Source of the DNA: Candidatus Latescibacterota bacterium
GTDB taxonomy: Bacteria > Latescibacterota > UBA2968 > GCA-2709665
Reading direction: 5' to 3'
Length of the DNA stretch: 64,000 nt
NCBI GenBank assembly: GCA_965205485.1
Contig: OZ242180.1
Coordinates: 1,664,001 to 1,728,000, forward strand
Numbering within the stretch: position 1 is the first letter of the stretch; each line of letters begins with the position of its first letter. Below, piece by piece: positions 51,696 through 60,513 of the stretch. The position numbers and the translations under genes are program-made. The notes beneath the pieces are model-generated. The model saw nothing but the letters and a program-made list of their open reading frames with translations. It was not told the origin of the DNA and did not search any database.

Positions 51696-54068
51696 ATGTT
51701 CTGGAATTACCTCACGGTAGCCTGGCGGAATCTGCTGCGGCACCCGCTTTATGCCGCGATCAATGTGGTGGGTCTGGCCGTCGGGCTTGCGTGTTGTCTG
51801 TTGGTTCTGACGCTCGTATTGGACGAGGTCAGCTACGACAGGTTTCACGAGAAGGCGGACAGAATCTATCGTGTCCTCTGGGACGGGCAGTTCGGAGACA
51901 ACGCGTGGACGACGCCGGTGAGTCCTGTTCCGGTGGCTGAAGCACTGTCCAACTTTCCTGAAGTGGAGGGCGCCGTGCGCATGCGCCGGGAGCGGCGCAC
52001 GCTTCGGATAGGACAAACGCGGGCAAACGAGACCGGCTTTTTTTACGTGGAGACCAGCTTCTTCGATGTCTTTACCGTGCGTTTTGTAAAAGGAGATCCG
52101 GTTACCGCGCTTCGGGACCCCGACTCTGTTGTGATTGCCGAACGGACGGCTCGTCGATACTTCCGGGGTCAGGACCCGCTGGGTCAGCCGCTGAAACTGA
52201 TCGACGGTACGACTCTGCGGATCACGGGCGTGGTGGAGGGGTTTCCTCAGCAGTCCCACTTTCAATTCGACTTTCTTGCGCCATTGTGGACGCTTCCCAT
52301 TGTAGAGCAACGCAAGAACAGTTGGGGTTCGGCCACCGCATATACATATGTCGTTTTGAGGGAACAAGCCAACGCTTCCGAGGTGGAAACGAAACTCCGG
52401 GAGTACGTTAATCGTCAAGGGCTGGCGGCGAGCTATATCCGATCTGGCGGTTACAGCCGGTTCCGATTGCAGCCGATGACGCATATTCACCTGCGCTCAC
52501 AGTACGACTACGAACTCGAACAGAATGGCGACATTGTACACGTATATATCTTCACCCTGGTTGCCGTACTCGTTCTGTTCCTGGCGTGCGTCAATTTCGT
52601 AAATCTGCACACGGCGCTGTCAACCAGCCGGACTCGAGAGATCGGAATTCGAAAGGTGCTGGGTTCACGACGCGGGCGGCTCGTCCGCCAGTTTCTGATT
52701 GAGTCATCAATGCACTTTGTCCTGGCACTCGTTCTGGCAATTGGGCTAAGCGAACTGGCAGTATCACATCTGGAAAGCCTCACGGGAAAACAGTTGTCGA
52801 TGAGCAGTCTGAGTTCGCCGCCGGTTGCTCTGGCGCTGTCCGGCATATTCGTCGTGGTTGCCGCGCTGGCCGGCACGTATCCCGCGCTCGTGCTGTCTTC
52901 CTTTCGGCCTGCGGACGTGTTTACAGAGCGAATTTCGGCGGGCCTTGGAGGAGACCGGCTGCGCAACGGGCTCGTCGTGGCGCAATTCTGCGTCTCGATA
53001 GGTATGCTCATCGGCGTATTTGTGATTCGCGAACAGCTTCTCTTTGTGCAGCACAAGCGACTCGGATTCGAAAGAGAAAACGTGCTTGTCGTACACGGAG
53101 CCAGGGGTCTTGGGCGGCATTCACACGTATTCCGGGAACGTCTCACAACGCTTGCTCCCGTGGTCGCCGCCTCAGTTGCGCAAAGCGTGCCGGGTAAGGA
53201 ATTCGACTCGACGCCGTTCCTGCCCGAACAACCGGCCAACTACGAACAGACCTCTCTCACGTACGCGACGGTTGACGAGCATTACGCGGAAGCCCTGGGG
53301 CTGGAGGTCTTCAGGGGTCGGAATTTCGCTCCTGAAGAATTCCCTTCCGATTCGACGGCCTTCCTGATCAACCGATCGGCCGCCGCGATACTCGGATGGG
53401 AAGAACCGGTGGGCAAACGAATGGTATTTGCGGGCCGTGAAGGAAAAGTCATAGGAGTCGTCAACGACTTCCACTACCAGTCGCTGCGCCACCGGATCGA
53501 ACCGCTGGTGCTTCCTTTTCTCCGCTGGGGCCGTTCTTATGTCGTCGTTCGGTTGCATCCCGGCAACGTGGCCGACGCTGTTGCATCGGTGCGAGGCTTG
53601 TGGGAGGAATTCGCGCCCGATCAGCCATTCGAATATTCCTTTCTGGATATCGACTACCTTCGGCTCTACGAAAACGAGCAACGGATGATTCATGTCGTGC
53701 AGGTATTCTCCGGCCTCGCGATTTTCATCGCCTGCCTTGGTCTTCTGGGGCTGGCTTCCTTCGCGGCCGCAAAGCGGAAAACAGAAATCGGCATTCGCAA
53801 GGTGCTGGGCGCCACAGTGGCGAACATCGTGTTCCTGCTGACCAGGGACTTTGCCCGGCACGTTTTGATCGCTTTTGTTTTCGCGTCGCCGATCGCGTTT
53901 TACGTCCTGTCCCGGTGGCAGCAGAATTTCGCCTATCGCTCGAATATCGAATGGTGGATGTTTGCTGTGTCTGGAGGCCTGGCGATGGGGATCGCGCTGG
54001 TGACTGTGAGCGGACAGGCGATCCGCGCCGCGACGGCCAACCCCGTGGAAGCGCTGCGCAGCGAATGA
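51696..54068 (+). CDS. MacB/FtsX-type ABC permease P4
   Basis: Same architecture; ends ANPVEALRSE. Confidence 0.93.
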   Translation: MFWNYLTVAWRNLLRHPLYAAINVVGLAVGLACCLLVLTLVLDEVSYDRFHEKADRIYRVLWDGQFGDNAWTTPVSPVPVAEALSNFPEVEGAVRMRRERRTLRIGQTRANETGFFYVETSFFDVFTVRFVKGDPVTALRDPDSVVIAERTARRYFRGQDPLGQPLKLIDGTTLRITGVVEGFPQQSHFQFDFLAPLWTLPIVEQRKNSWGSATAYTYVVLREQANASEVETKLREYVNRQGLAASYIRSGGYSRFRLQPMTHIHLRSQYDYELEQNGDIVHVYIFTLVAVLVLFLACVNFVNLHTALSTSRTREIGIRKVLGSRRGRLVRQFLIESSMHFVLALVLAIGLSELAVSHLESLTGKQLSMSSLSSPPVALALSGIFVVVAALAGTYPALVLSSFRPADVFTERISAGLGGDRLRNGLVVAQFCVSIGMLIGVFVIREQLLFVQHKRLGFERENVLVVHGARGLGRHSHVFRERLTTLAPVVAASVAQSVPGKEFDSTPFLPEQPANYEQTSLTYATVDEHYAEALGLEVFRGRNFAPEEFPSDSTAFLINRSAAAILGWEEPVGKRMVFAGREGKVIGVVNDFHYQSLRHRIEPLVLPFLRWGRSYVVVRLHPGNVADAVASVRGLWEEFAPDQPFEYSFLDIDYLRLYENEQRMIHVVQVFSGLAIFIACLGLLGLASFAAAKRKTEIGIRKVLGATVANIVFLLTRDFARHVLIAFVFASPIAFYVLSRWQQNFAYRSNIEWWMFAVSGGLAMGIALVTVSGQAIRAATANPVEALRSE

Positions 54069-54111
54069 TGGGAATGCCGTTTGACATACGTACATGTAGA
54101 TCTGCCGCCCT

Positions 54112-54349
54112 GTCATTCAGAGCGCAGCGAAGAATCTCCTGTCTACTCGCTCGTACGTGTAGTATATGGCCTTTGACGACAAACTCGTGCGCGGATGCTT
54201 CGACAGCCTTGCGGTTTCTCCTTGTATCCGCAATTCGACAGGAGAATCTTGAGGTGGGCAGACAGGAATGTCCGCCCCACCCTCACACCGGCTTCCTGAT
54301 GACAGTTTGTACCGACACCTGACCGACAGATTTCGCCAATGGTTATTGC
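54112..54349. repeat. Mosaic REP unit after P4
   Basis: GTCATTCAGAGCGCAGCGAAGAATCT 54112, GTGGGCAGACAGGAATGTCCGCCCCACC 54254 and GACCGACAGATTTCGCCAATGGTTATTGC 54321. Confidence 0.8.
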
Positions 54350-54361
54350 CGATGGCGCTCG

Positions 54362-55759
54362 ATGAATAGCCAAGGAGGAGAGCAAGTGGAGACTGAATTT
54401 TTCGAACGTATCAGGATCTGCGACGTGAGCGAACCGTTCGCCGCTGCCGATCGCGCCCGCGGCGACGCCTTGTTGTCCGTGATTGCCGGCGAACGCGCAA
54501 GCCAGGGCCCGGGGAACAAGATCGTTATCTGTCACGGCAGGACCCACATCGCCTGGCAGGACTCGTACAATGAGAGGTACTTCGCCCGGGTACGTACGCT
54601 CGATCATGGAACCGGCAGGTGGACCGCGGGCGCCATCCTGGCCGAGGGCGTCGACGAGCATTCCCGTCCCACCCTTGCGATCGATAGCCGGGGCTACCTG
54701 CACATGGTCATGGGCGGTCACAACTCGCCCCTGCAGTACCAGCGATCGCTGCGGCCGCACGATGCGTCGGCCTGGACCTCTCCCGAGGCTTTCGGCCGAA
54801 ACACCTATCCCGTGCTCCTCTGCGGTCCCGACAACACGCTGCACCTCGCCGCCCGCGACGGCAGCCACAGTGGCATGGAATTCTGGGAGCGACCGCCTGA
54901 CGGCAATTGGCAAAGCCGTGGACTGATCGTGACCCGGCAGCGGCGTTTCACCGGATATACCGGCATGAACAACGACGTGGCCTGGGGACCGGAACGGAAG
55001 ACAATGCACATGAGCATGGCCTTTTTCCTGAGTCGAAAGGCGAATGCGGGGGAGCACCCGCGTGACGTGGCCGGTCTGTACCAGGCCGTGGGGTACATGC
55101 GCTCCTTCGACTTCGGACGCACCTGGCAGAAAGCCGACGGGACGCCGGTTCCGCTTCCAGCGACGTCGGACACGCTCGACCTGCTGGAGGAAGGCGAGAG
55201 CAACAACCCCAAGCCCGGCATCGAGCACTGCGGCATGGCCGTCGACTCGAAGGACCGGCCCTACGTTGGCTACGTTCGCCACACGCCCACGCCCTGTCGC
55301 GTTTTCTTGAAGACGCCGGACGCCGGGAGGTGGCGCGGACTGCCGTTAGGCGAGGCCGTGGCGTCGCACTGGCCCGGCTGGGGGGTACTCGCCTTCAAGC
55401 CGGTCATGACGTCCGACGACTTACTTTGCATTCTCGCCCAACTCGTTGCCCTGGGGCACCCGGATGAGAACTGGGCACCGGGTATCCATGGCCTGCCCTC
55501 CTTCTGGCTGCGCGACCATCCGGAACTCTCGCGGGTCGTCTGGCTCGAATCTTCCGATTACGGAGAGACATTCACGCCGCGTGAGGTACTCGCATTCGAC
55601 CCTGAACAAGGTCAGCTTATGTCCTCCCTGGAACGCCCGAACGGCGCCAATCCCATCCCGCCAGGCGCCCGTCCGTCATTCATCTACACGCTGGGCGATT
55701 CCCGATACACGGTTGAGGGCGAGACTATAGACAACGATCTGTACTGGGTACGTGTCTGA
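54362..55759 (+). CDS. BNR-4 repeat-containing beta-propeller protein (start probably GTG 54386)
   Basis: D.H..P.LAIDSRGYLH...GGH, TYP and Asp-boxes (SFDFGRTW, SSDYGETF). Confidence 0.8.
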   Translation: MNSQGGEQVETEFFERIRICDVSEPFAAADRARGDALLSVIAGERASQGPGNKIVICHGRTHIAWQDSYNERYFARVRTLDHGTGRWTAGAILAEGVDEHSRPTLAIDSRGYLHMVMGGHNSPLQYQRSLRPHDASAWTSPEAFGRNTYPVLLCGPDNTLHLAARDGSHSGMEFWERPPDGNWQSRGLIVTRQRRFTGYTGMNNDVAWGPERKTMHMSMAFFLSRKANAGEHPRDVAGLYQAVGYMRSFDFGRTWQKADGTPVPLPATSDTLDLLEEGESNNPKPGIEHCGMAVDSKDRPYVGYVRHTPTPCRVFLKTPDAGRWRGLPLGEAVASHWPGWGVLAFKPVMTSDDLLCILAQLVALGHPDENWAPGIHGLPSFWLRDHPELSRVVWLESSDYGETFTPREVLAFDPEQGQLMSSLERPNGANPIPPGARPSFIYTLGDSRYTVEGETIDNDLYWVRV

Positions 55760-56008
55760 ATCGATGCGTGTGCAGGGACCGGCCCGGAGACGATTTCAAG
55801 CTTGACGTTGCGGAATCAGGTTGGCTACATTGGTGTTGCGCGGTCTGTGGTCCATGGATTCATTTGTAGAATTCGAAATTGCGGGCGACACGCGGGTTCT
55901 TGGGACTCTATCCTGTTTATCCTGTCCATCCATGTAAATTCCCGCTTTGTGAATTGAAGAGGCTGGATAAGCGGTCATTCAGGACCGCTTTTTGTTTTGG
56001 GTGCGCCA

Positions 56009-57175
56009 ATGTCGCAGAAACGACAGGAGGAGCGATTCCAGACGACCGACGTGCTCATGCTATCAGGCGGGCACGCGGTGCACGATACGTACAGCGGTTT
56101 CCTGGCGCCGCTGCTGCCGGTGTTTATCCAGACCATGTCGCTGACCAAGACCGAGGCGGGCATGCTGATGGTCGTGAGGCAGGCGCCGTCGGTATTTCAG
56201 CCGGTTATCGGACTTCGGGCGGACCGCTCGAATCTGCGCTTCCTTGTCATTCTCGGACCCGCGGTCACTGGCATCGCGATGAGTTTACTTGGCGTGGCCG
56301 GCGGGTACTCGACGCTGGTCGCGCTGCTGTTGATCGCCGGCTTCAGCTCGGCGGCCTTTCACGCCGTCGGGCCGGCCATGGCCGGAACCCTGTCAGGACC
56401 GAACCTGGGTCGCGGCATGGGAATCTGGATGTTGTGCGGTGAGCTCGGCCGCACGCTGGGGCCGATACTGATCGTGAGCGTCATCGGCGTGTGGGGGGTT
56501 GCTGGAACAGCCTATCTGATTCCCGCGGGCATTGTGGCTTCGCTGATCCTGTTCTTGCGGATGAGGCGCGTCGCGGCGCAGGCATTTTCCTTCTATAAGG
56601 CGCTGCCATGGCGTTCCGCCCTGAAACGCATGGCGCCCGTTATGGTCCCGCTGTCCGGAATCGTGTTCGTCCGCGCGTTTACGATGGCTTCGCTCACTGC
56701 ATTCCTGCCCACGTTCCTGAGCGAAGAGGGCGCGAGCCTGTGGCTGGCCGGCGCATCCCTTTCGGTCCTGGAAGGCGCGGGCATCGCGGGGGCCCTGATC
56801 GGTGGATGGGTGAGCGACAGGCTGGGGCGCAGGCGCGTGCTGGGCCTGTCGATGATCGCGACGCCCATTCTGCTCTTTGTCTTTCTCGACAGCCAGGGCT
56901 GGGTCCTGTTCCCGGTCCTGGTCGTTCTGGGTTTCGTCGCGCTTTCGACGGGTCCCGTGGTCATGGCGATGGTCCAGGAAAGCTGCCCCGAAAACCGGGC
57001 ATTCGCCAACGGGATCTATATGGGCGGGGGATTCGCGCTGAGGGGATTGGCGATGCTGCTGCTTGGGATGATGGGCGACGCCTACGGCCTGCGGCGGGCA
57101 TTCGAAGTCAGCGCGGTTCTGATGTTCGCCGGCGTTTTGCTGGTGTTGAAAATACCTAAGGACGGGGAGACGTGA
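56009..57175 (+). CDS. MFS transporter (Fsr-like)
   Basis: H...D.Y..FL.PLLP, QP..G..AD, S..FH and GGWVSDRLGRR; about 12 hydrophobic segments. Confidence 0.9.
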   Translation: MSQKRQEERFQTTDVLMLSGGHAVHDTYSGFLAPLLPVFIQTMSLTKTEAGMLMVVRQAPSVFQPVIGLRADRSNLRFLVILGPAVTGIAMSLLGVAGGYSTLVALLLIAGFSSAAFHAVGPAMAGTLSGPNLGRGMGIWMLCGELGRTLGPILIVSVIGVWGVAGTAYLIPAGIVASLILFLRMRRVAAQAFSFYKALPWRSALKRMAPVMVPLSGIVFVRAFTMASLTAFLPTFLSEEGASLWLAGASLSVLEGAGIAGALIGGWVSDRLGRRRVLGLSMIATPILLFVFLDSQGWVLFPVLVVLGFVALSTGPVVMAMVQESCPENRAFANGIYMGGGFALRGLAMLLLGMMGDAYGLRRAFEVSAVLMFAGVLLVLKIPKDGET

Positions 57176-57309
57176 GACGTTAGACGGGAGATGAAGTCCT
57201 TGCCCGATAGGTTTACCTATTCGCCTGCGGCGTGAGCTGAAACCCGCACCGGGCAGACAATCTCTACCCTCTTACGTCTTACGTCTACCCGCTTTCGGAG
57301 GGTTGATTG

Positions 57310-57343
57310 AAAAAAACCACCGGCCTCTCTACGAGACCGGCGG
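57310..57343 (-). terminator. Rho-independent terminator (minus strand; possibly bidirectional)
   Basis: Minus strand reads CCGCCGGTCTC-GTAGA-GAGGCCGGTGG-T7. Confidence 0.75.
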
Positions 57344-57357
57344 TTCTTTGTGAAAAT

Positions 57358-57432
57358 TTATCCCTTTGGTCGCCTTTGACCCTTGACGAATACGAGCCTC
57401 GGGCGGCGTCTTCGCCGTTTGATCTGTGGCAC
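57358..57432 (-). CDS. Putative 24-aa Arg/Lys-rich small protein MPQIKRRRRRPRLVFVKGQRRPKG
   Basis: AAAAGGGGGTGGTGACC RBS directly before GTG, TAA stop and a terminator 14 bp downstream; below the ORF-track size cutoff. Confidence 0.55.
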   Translation of the reverse strand: MPQIKRRRRRPRLVFVKGQRRPKG

Positions 57433-57517
57433 GGTCACCACCCCCTTTTAAGGTAGATATATTATTGGTTTCATGGATTTGATCGTTTTCCGTGAAGATT
57501 TGTTCCAGGAAAAAAAC

Positions 57518-57812
57518 CAGCTGTCAGCCATCAGCCTTCAGCGGTCAGCAAAAGGCAAGAACGAAATGCATATTCAAGAGCAACCCCTCCTCCCAGCCCC
57601 GCAGACCTCTACCCCAGGCCCCTCAGACAAAGCTGTCGGCCCTTAGCCAACAGCAAAACAAAGAATCAGGTGACGTCTGCGCCGTTATGTGGGCGATCGC
57701 CAAAGGCAGGCAACCACGAGGGTTGCCCCTACAAATGCAACGACGGCGTTCCGAGGGCAGGATGCGCTCGACACTATTACCCCTGTCCTTCAGGAGAGGG
57801 GTCAGGAAGTAG
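57518..57812. repeat. Cluster of heptamer-tandem, GTAG-REP and hairpin repeats
   Basis: CAGCTGTCAGCCATCAGCCTTCAGCGGTCAGC; reverse-complement GTAGGGGCAACCCTCGTGGTTGCC 57709-57732; CGAGGGCAGGATGCGCTCG 57752; CCCCTGTCCTTCAGGAGAGGGG. Confidence 0.7.
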
Positions 57813-57942
57813 ATCTGAAAGGCGGTGAGAAGGGAGACTGGAAAGGTCGAGGAGTGAGGTATAAAACGTGAGTGTCGGGCCGGAAACCGATCGCCGTGTG
57901 GCGACCGGATGGAGATATTGACGGTCTGTCACATTATGCTTG

Positions 57943-58338
57943 CTACAATGTCGCCCACTTTCGCTGAATCGGATACGAGTCAAGACTCGAATCTCGACTT
58001 ACGATTGGGATGCCTTCTACAATACTCTGCGCGACAATGAGCCGATCAAAAGGATCGTGATGAAAGAACGAGAGGTTTCTGACAACATCGAGATGTCGAG
58101 GACTGATATGAAGAAGATCGATCGCATTGTCTGCGATATGTTCGTCAACAAGATTCGCAAACGACGTGTTGAGTTGCAGCTTACCAATACTGACCTTTAT
58201 TGCCATTTCCCATAAGCTCGCAATGCTCAAAAGGCGCTGGTTATCGGAACTCTCGATTAATTGTCTGGCAATTGAGCTGAGATTGGGGTCGCCGTTGACG
58301 AACCAAAGATACGTGTGGGTGTCAAGTAGCAACTTCAC
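57943..58338 (-). CDS. Type II toxin, VapC/PIN domain
   Basis: LLLDTH, SIASLWEMAIK.SIGKL and HHDPFDRLIVAQ. Confidence 0.93.
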   Translation of the reverse strand: MKLLLDTHTYLWFVNGDPNLSSIARQLIESSDNQRLLSIASLWEMAIKVSIGKLQLNTSFANLVDEHIADNAIDLLHISPRHLDVVRNLSFFHHDPFDRLIVAQSIVEGIPIVSRDSSLDSYPIQRKWATL

Positions 58339-58562
58339 GGAGAATAGCCCCGGAAATCGTCAATGGGTTCGTCGAAGTCATCGGACACCTGGATGAGACC
58401 CTTCGCGCTCCCGTATTTTGGTGTTGGTTGATCGTGGGACAGCGCAACGAGTTTCACGGAGGAGCCGTCAGTCTGGGTGATGATGATCTCTTCGCCATTT
58501 GTTGCTTCTTTAACCAGTTCGGCGAGGCAGGATTCTGCTTCTGTCAGGGAGATTTTCTGCAT
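58335..58562 (-). CDS. Type II antitoxin, Phd/YefM-like
   Basis: EA...L.ELV..A..GEEIIIT and GSAKG.I..SDDFDEP; GTGA overlap with the toxin gene. Confidence 0.9.
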   Translation of the reverse strand: MQKISLTEAESCLAELVKEATNGEEIIITQTDGSSVKLVALSHDQPTPKYGSAKGLIQVSDDFDEPIDDFRGYSP

Positions 58563-58809
58563 TTTCAATCCCTCAATATCTGCAGATTTATGACTGTTTG
58601 AATAATAAATATCGCAAATTTCAAGTTTTCCTGCAATTCCTAATCGAATTTGCTACACCTACTTTTTTTAGTTTGGCATGGGATGATGGCGTCTCATTCA
58701 ACGGGAAACTTACCTACCTGCGACGCTGGTAACAGCGCATTTTTCACCTCCAGGGAAAGTGAAGACAAAACACATCTGCAATCTGTGGTTGCCGTAATTT
58801 ACCCCATAT

Positions 58810-58926
58810 TGTCCATTTTCGGACAATAGTGTATCATTATCGAACACTTGTCGGGCAGTTCCATCGGACAAGTATCACATATATAATTGTTAATTAATAA
58901 GTTGTATTCATGGCACGATAATCGCA
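58810..58926 (+). promoter_or_regulatory. Paired activator sites, IHF-like site and sigma54 promoter (copy 2)
   Basis: TGTCCATTTTCGGACA (58810-25), TGTATCATTATCGAACA (58830-46), AATTAATAAGTTG (58892-58904) and TGGCACGATAATCGCA (58911-26). Confidence 0.85.
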
Positions 58927-59097
58927 AGTGGACAGATCGCCGGGACGTTCGGCGATCCACATACTTCGGTCCGGGTGCCTGAGCGGAAAACCGCTCCAGA
59001 ATCGATTCTTGCGTGTGAGACCGTGTTCGGGGCATGTTCGGATGTTTGATGTAAACGGACAGCTGGAACGACCCACATTTTCGGAGGTGGAGATCCG

Positions 59098-59922
59098 ATG
59101 AAATCGATTTCAATCACGATCGCGATATCCGGCCTCTGTCTGTTGCCAGTTGGATGCGACGCGGGCAAGATTGTCGAGGAGGAGGTCCTCGAGCGTTCCG
59201 TCGAGCTTGCGCTCGGAGGACGACTCACCATTGTCAACGTGAACGGGGATGTCTCAGTCAGTTCCTGGGACCGGCTCGAGGTGAAGATGAAGGCGGTCAA
59301 GCGCGCGCGTGCCGAAAGCGCAGAAGAGGCACGGCTGCTTCTGGATAAGACCACGGTGCAATTCGAAAGAACCGAAGAGGGGATCGACATCCGCACGGAT
59401 GCACCAAAAAAACCGGGGAGGAACCGAAACGTCAGCGTCGCCTATACGGTGACGGTGCCTAAAGAGATCGACCTGGAATTGAAAACGGTCAATGGAACCA
59501 TAGAGGTCAAGGATATATCTGGCGCCGTCGATGCGAAGACGACCAACGGCCGCATCGGGCTTACCGGGATCGTCGGGGCAATTCAGGCAAAGACGACGAA
59601 CGGTAAGATCGGTCTCCTGGAGGTGCTGGGTCCGATCAACGCGAAGACGACAAACGGGAGCATCGAGGTGGCGGTTGGCGGGAGCGGCGAACAACAGCAC
59701 GAGTTCCGCGCTGCAACGACAAACGGCAGCATCGAGGTAACGCTGCCAAAAGGTCTGAAAGCAAACCTGAAAGCATCCACGGTAAACGGAAAGATCAATA
59801 CCGATTTTCCGGTTACCGTGAAGGGCCTCATCAGCAAGTCCGTCGACGGCGTCATCAACGGCGGCGGGGAACTGATTCATCTGAAGACGGTGAACGGATC
59901 GATTCGGTTGAAGGAGCGATAG
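59098..59922 (+). CDS. DUF4097 beta-strand-repeat (putative adhesin) lipoprotein
   Basis: Lipobox LPVGC; repeated (K/A)T(T/V)NG.I motifs; GGAGGT RBS. Confidence 0.88.
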   Translation: MKSISITIAISGLCLLPVGCDAGKIVEEEVLERSVELALGGRLTIVNVNGDVSVSSWDRLEVKMKAVKRARAESAEEARLLLDKTTVQFERTEEGIDIRTDAPKKPGRNRNVSVAYTVTVPKEIDLELKTVNGTIEVKDISGAVDAKTTNGRIGLTGIVGAIQAKTTNGKIGLLEVLGPINAKTTNGSIEVAVGGSGEQQHEFRAATTNGSIEVTLPKGLKANLKASTVNGKINTDFPVTVKGLISKSVDGVINGGGELIHLKTVNGSIRLKER

Positions 59923-60513
59923 ACCGCAAGTCCGCCTTCGTTAGCGTTCATAACGATTGCTTTCTTGGACGTCTCTGAACGCCAGGGGGTATATCGCAGA
60001 ATGCTCCCTTCCACAACGGAAAGACCCACGCTGCCGGGCAGACAGCGAATGGTCTGATCTACGAAACGTCCACCTTCAGGCAGGAAGACCAAACGTATTC
60101 CGCTTCGGTTCGAGGGGACGAATCAGGCGAGACCCACGATAATCGGCTGAAGTGGCAGGCTCAGATCCCGGACTTCCGGGTTCAGCTTCTCAATGGCGAT
60201 TCTCTGGCAATCGCCTGAGAGGCGGATTCGTGGTAATCAACTGGTGGGCCACCACCTGTTCGCCGTGTTTTGCCCGGGTTGAATGAACTGGTAGAGAAAT
60301 ACACAATGACGATATTTCATTCCTTGCCATTGCGACCGACAAAAGAGAAGACCTTTCTCGGTTCCTCGAAAGTCGCAAATTCGCATACACCCAGGCACTG
60401 TACAACGATACGGTTACAGAAATTTTCGGGAATGCGCTTTTCTACAGATTACGTGAAAGTGTACGCACGAGACCGTTTGACGTCCGAATCACTCCCATAA
60501 AGGCACGGGACCC

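Noticed and set aside
42321..54137. CRISPR array from the recurring 26-bp GTCATTCAGAG repeat
   Set aside because: Spacing is irregular (about 60 bp to several kb), intervening sequences are homologous to each other, inverted partners exist and there are no cas genes.
42279..54349. Integron cassette array
   Set aside because: No integrase gene, and I could not see attC RYYYAAC/GTTRRRY boundaries; spacers are REP mosaics and the genes are paralogues.
57188..57264. Hammerhead, HDV-like ribozyme or TPP riboswitch
   Set aside because: GAAAC and GGCGAA are present, but the CUGAUGA core, HDV L3/P1.1 pattern and TPP consensus are missing.
59940..60500. Gene or RNA in the ~590-bp gap before P5
   Set aside because: Only short, motif-less ORFs, and no structure or promoter I could support.
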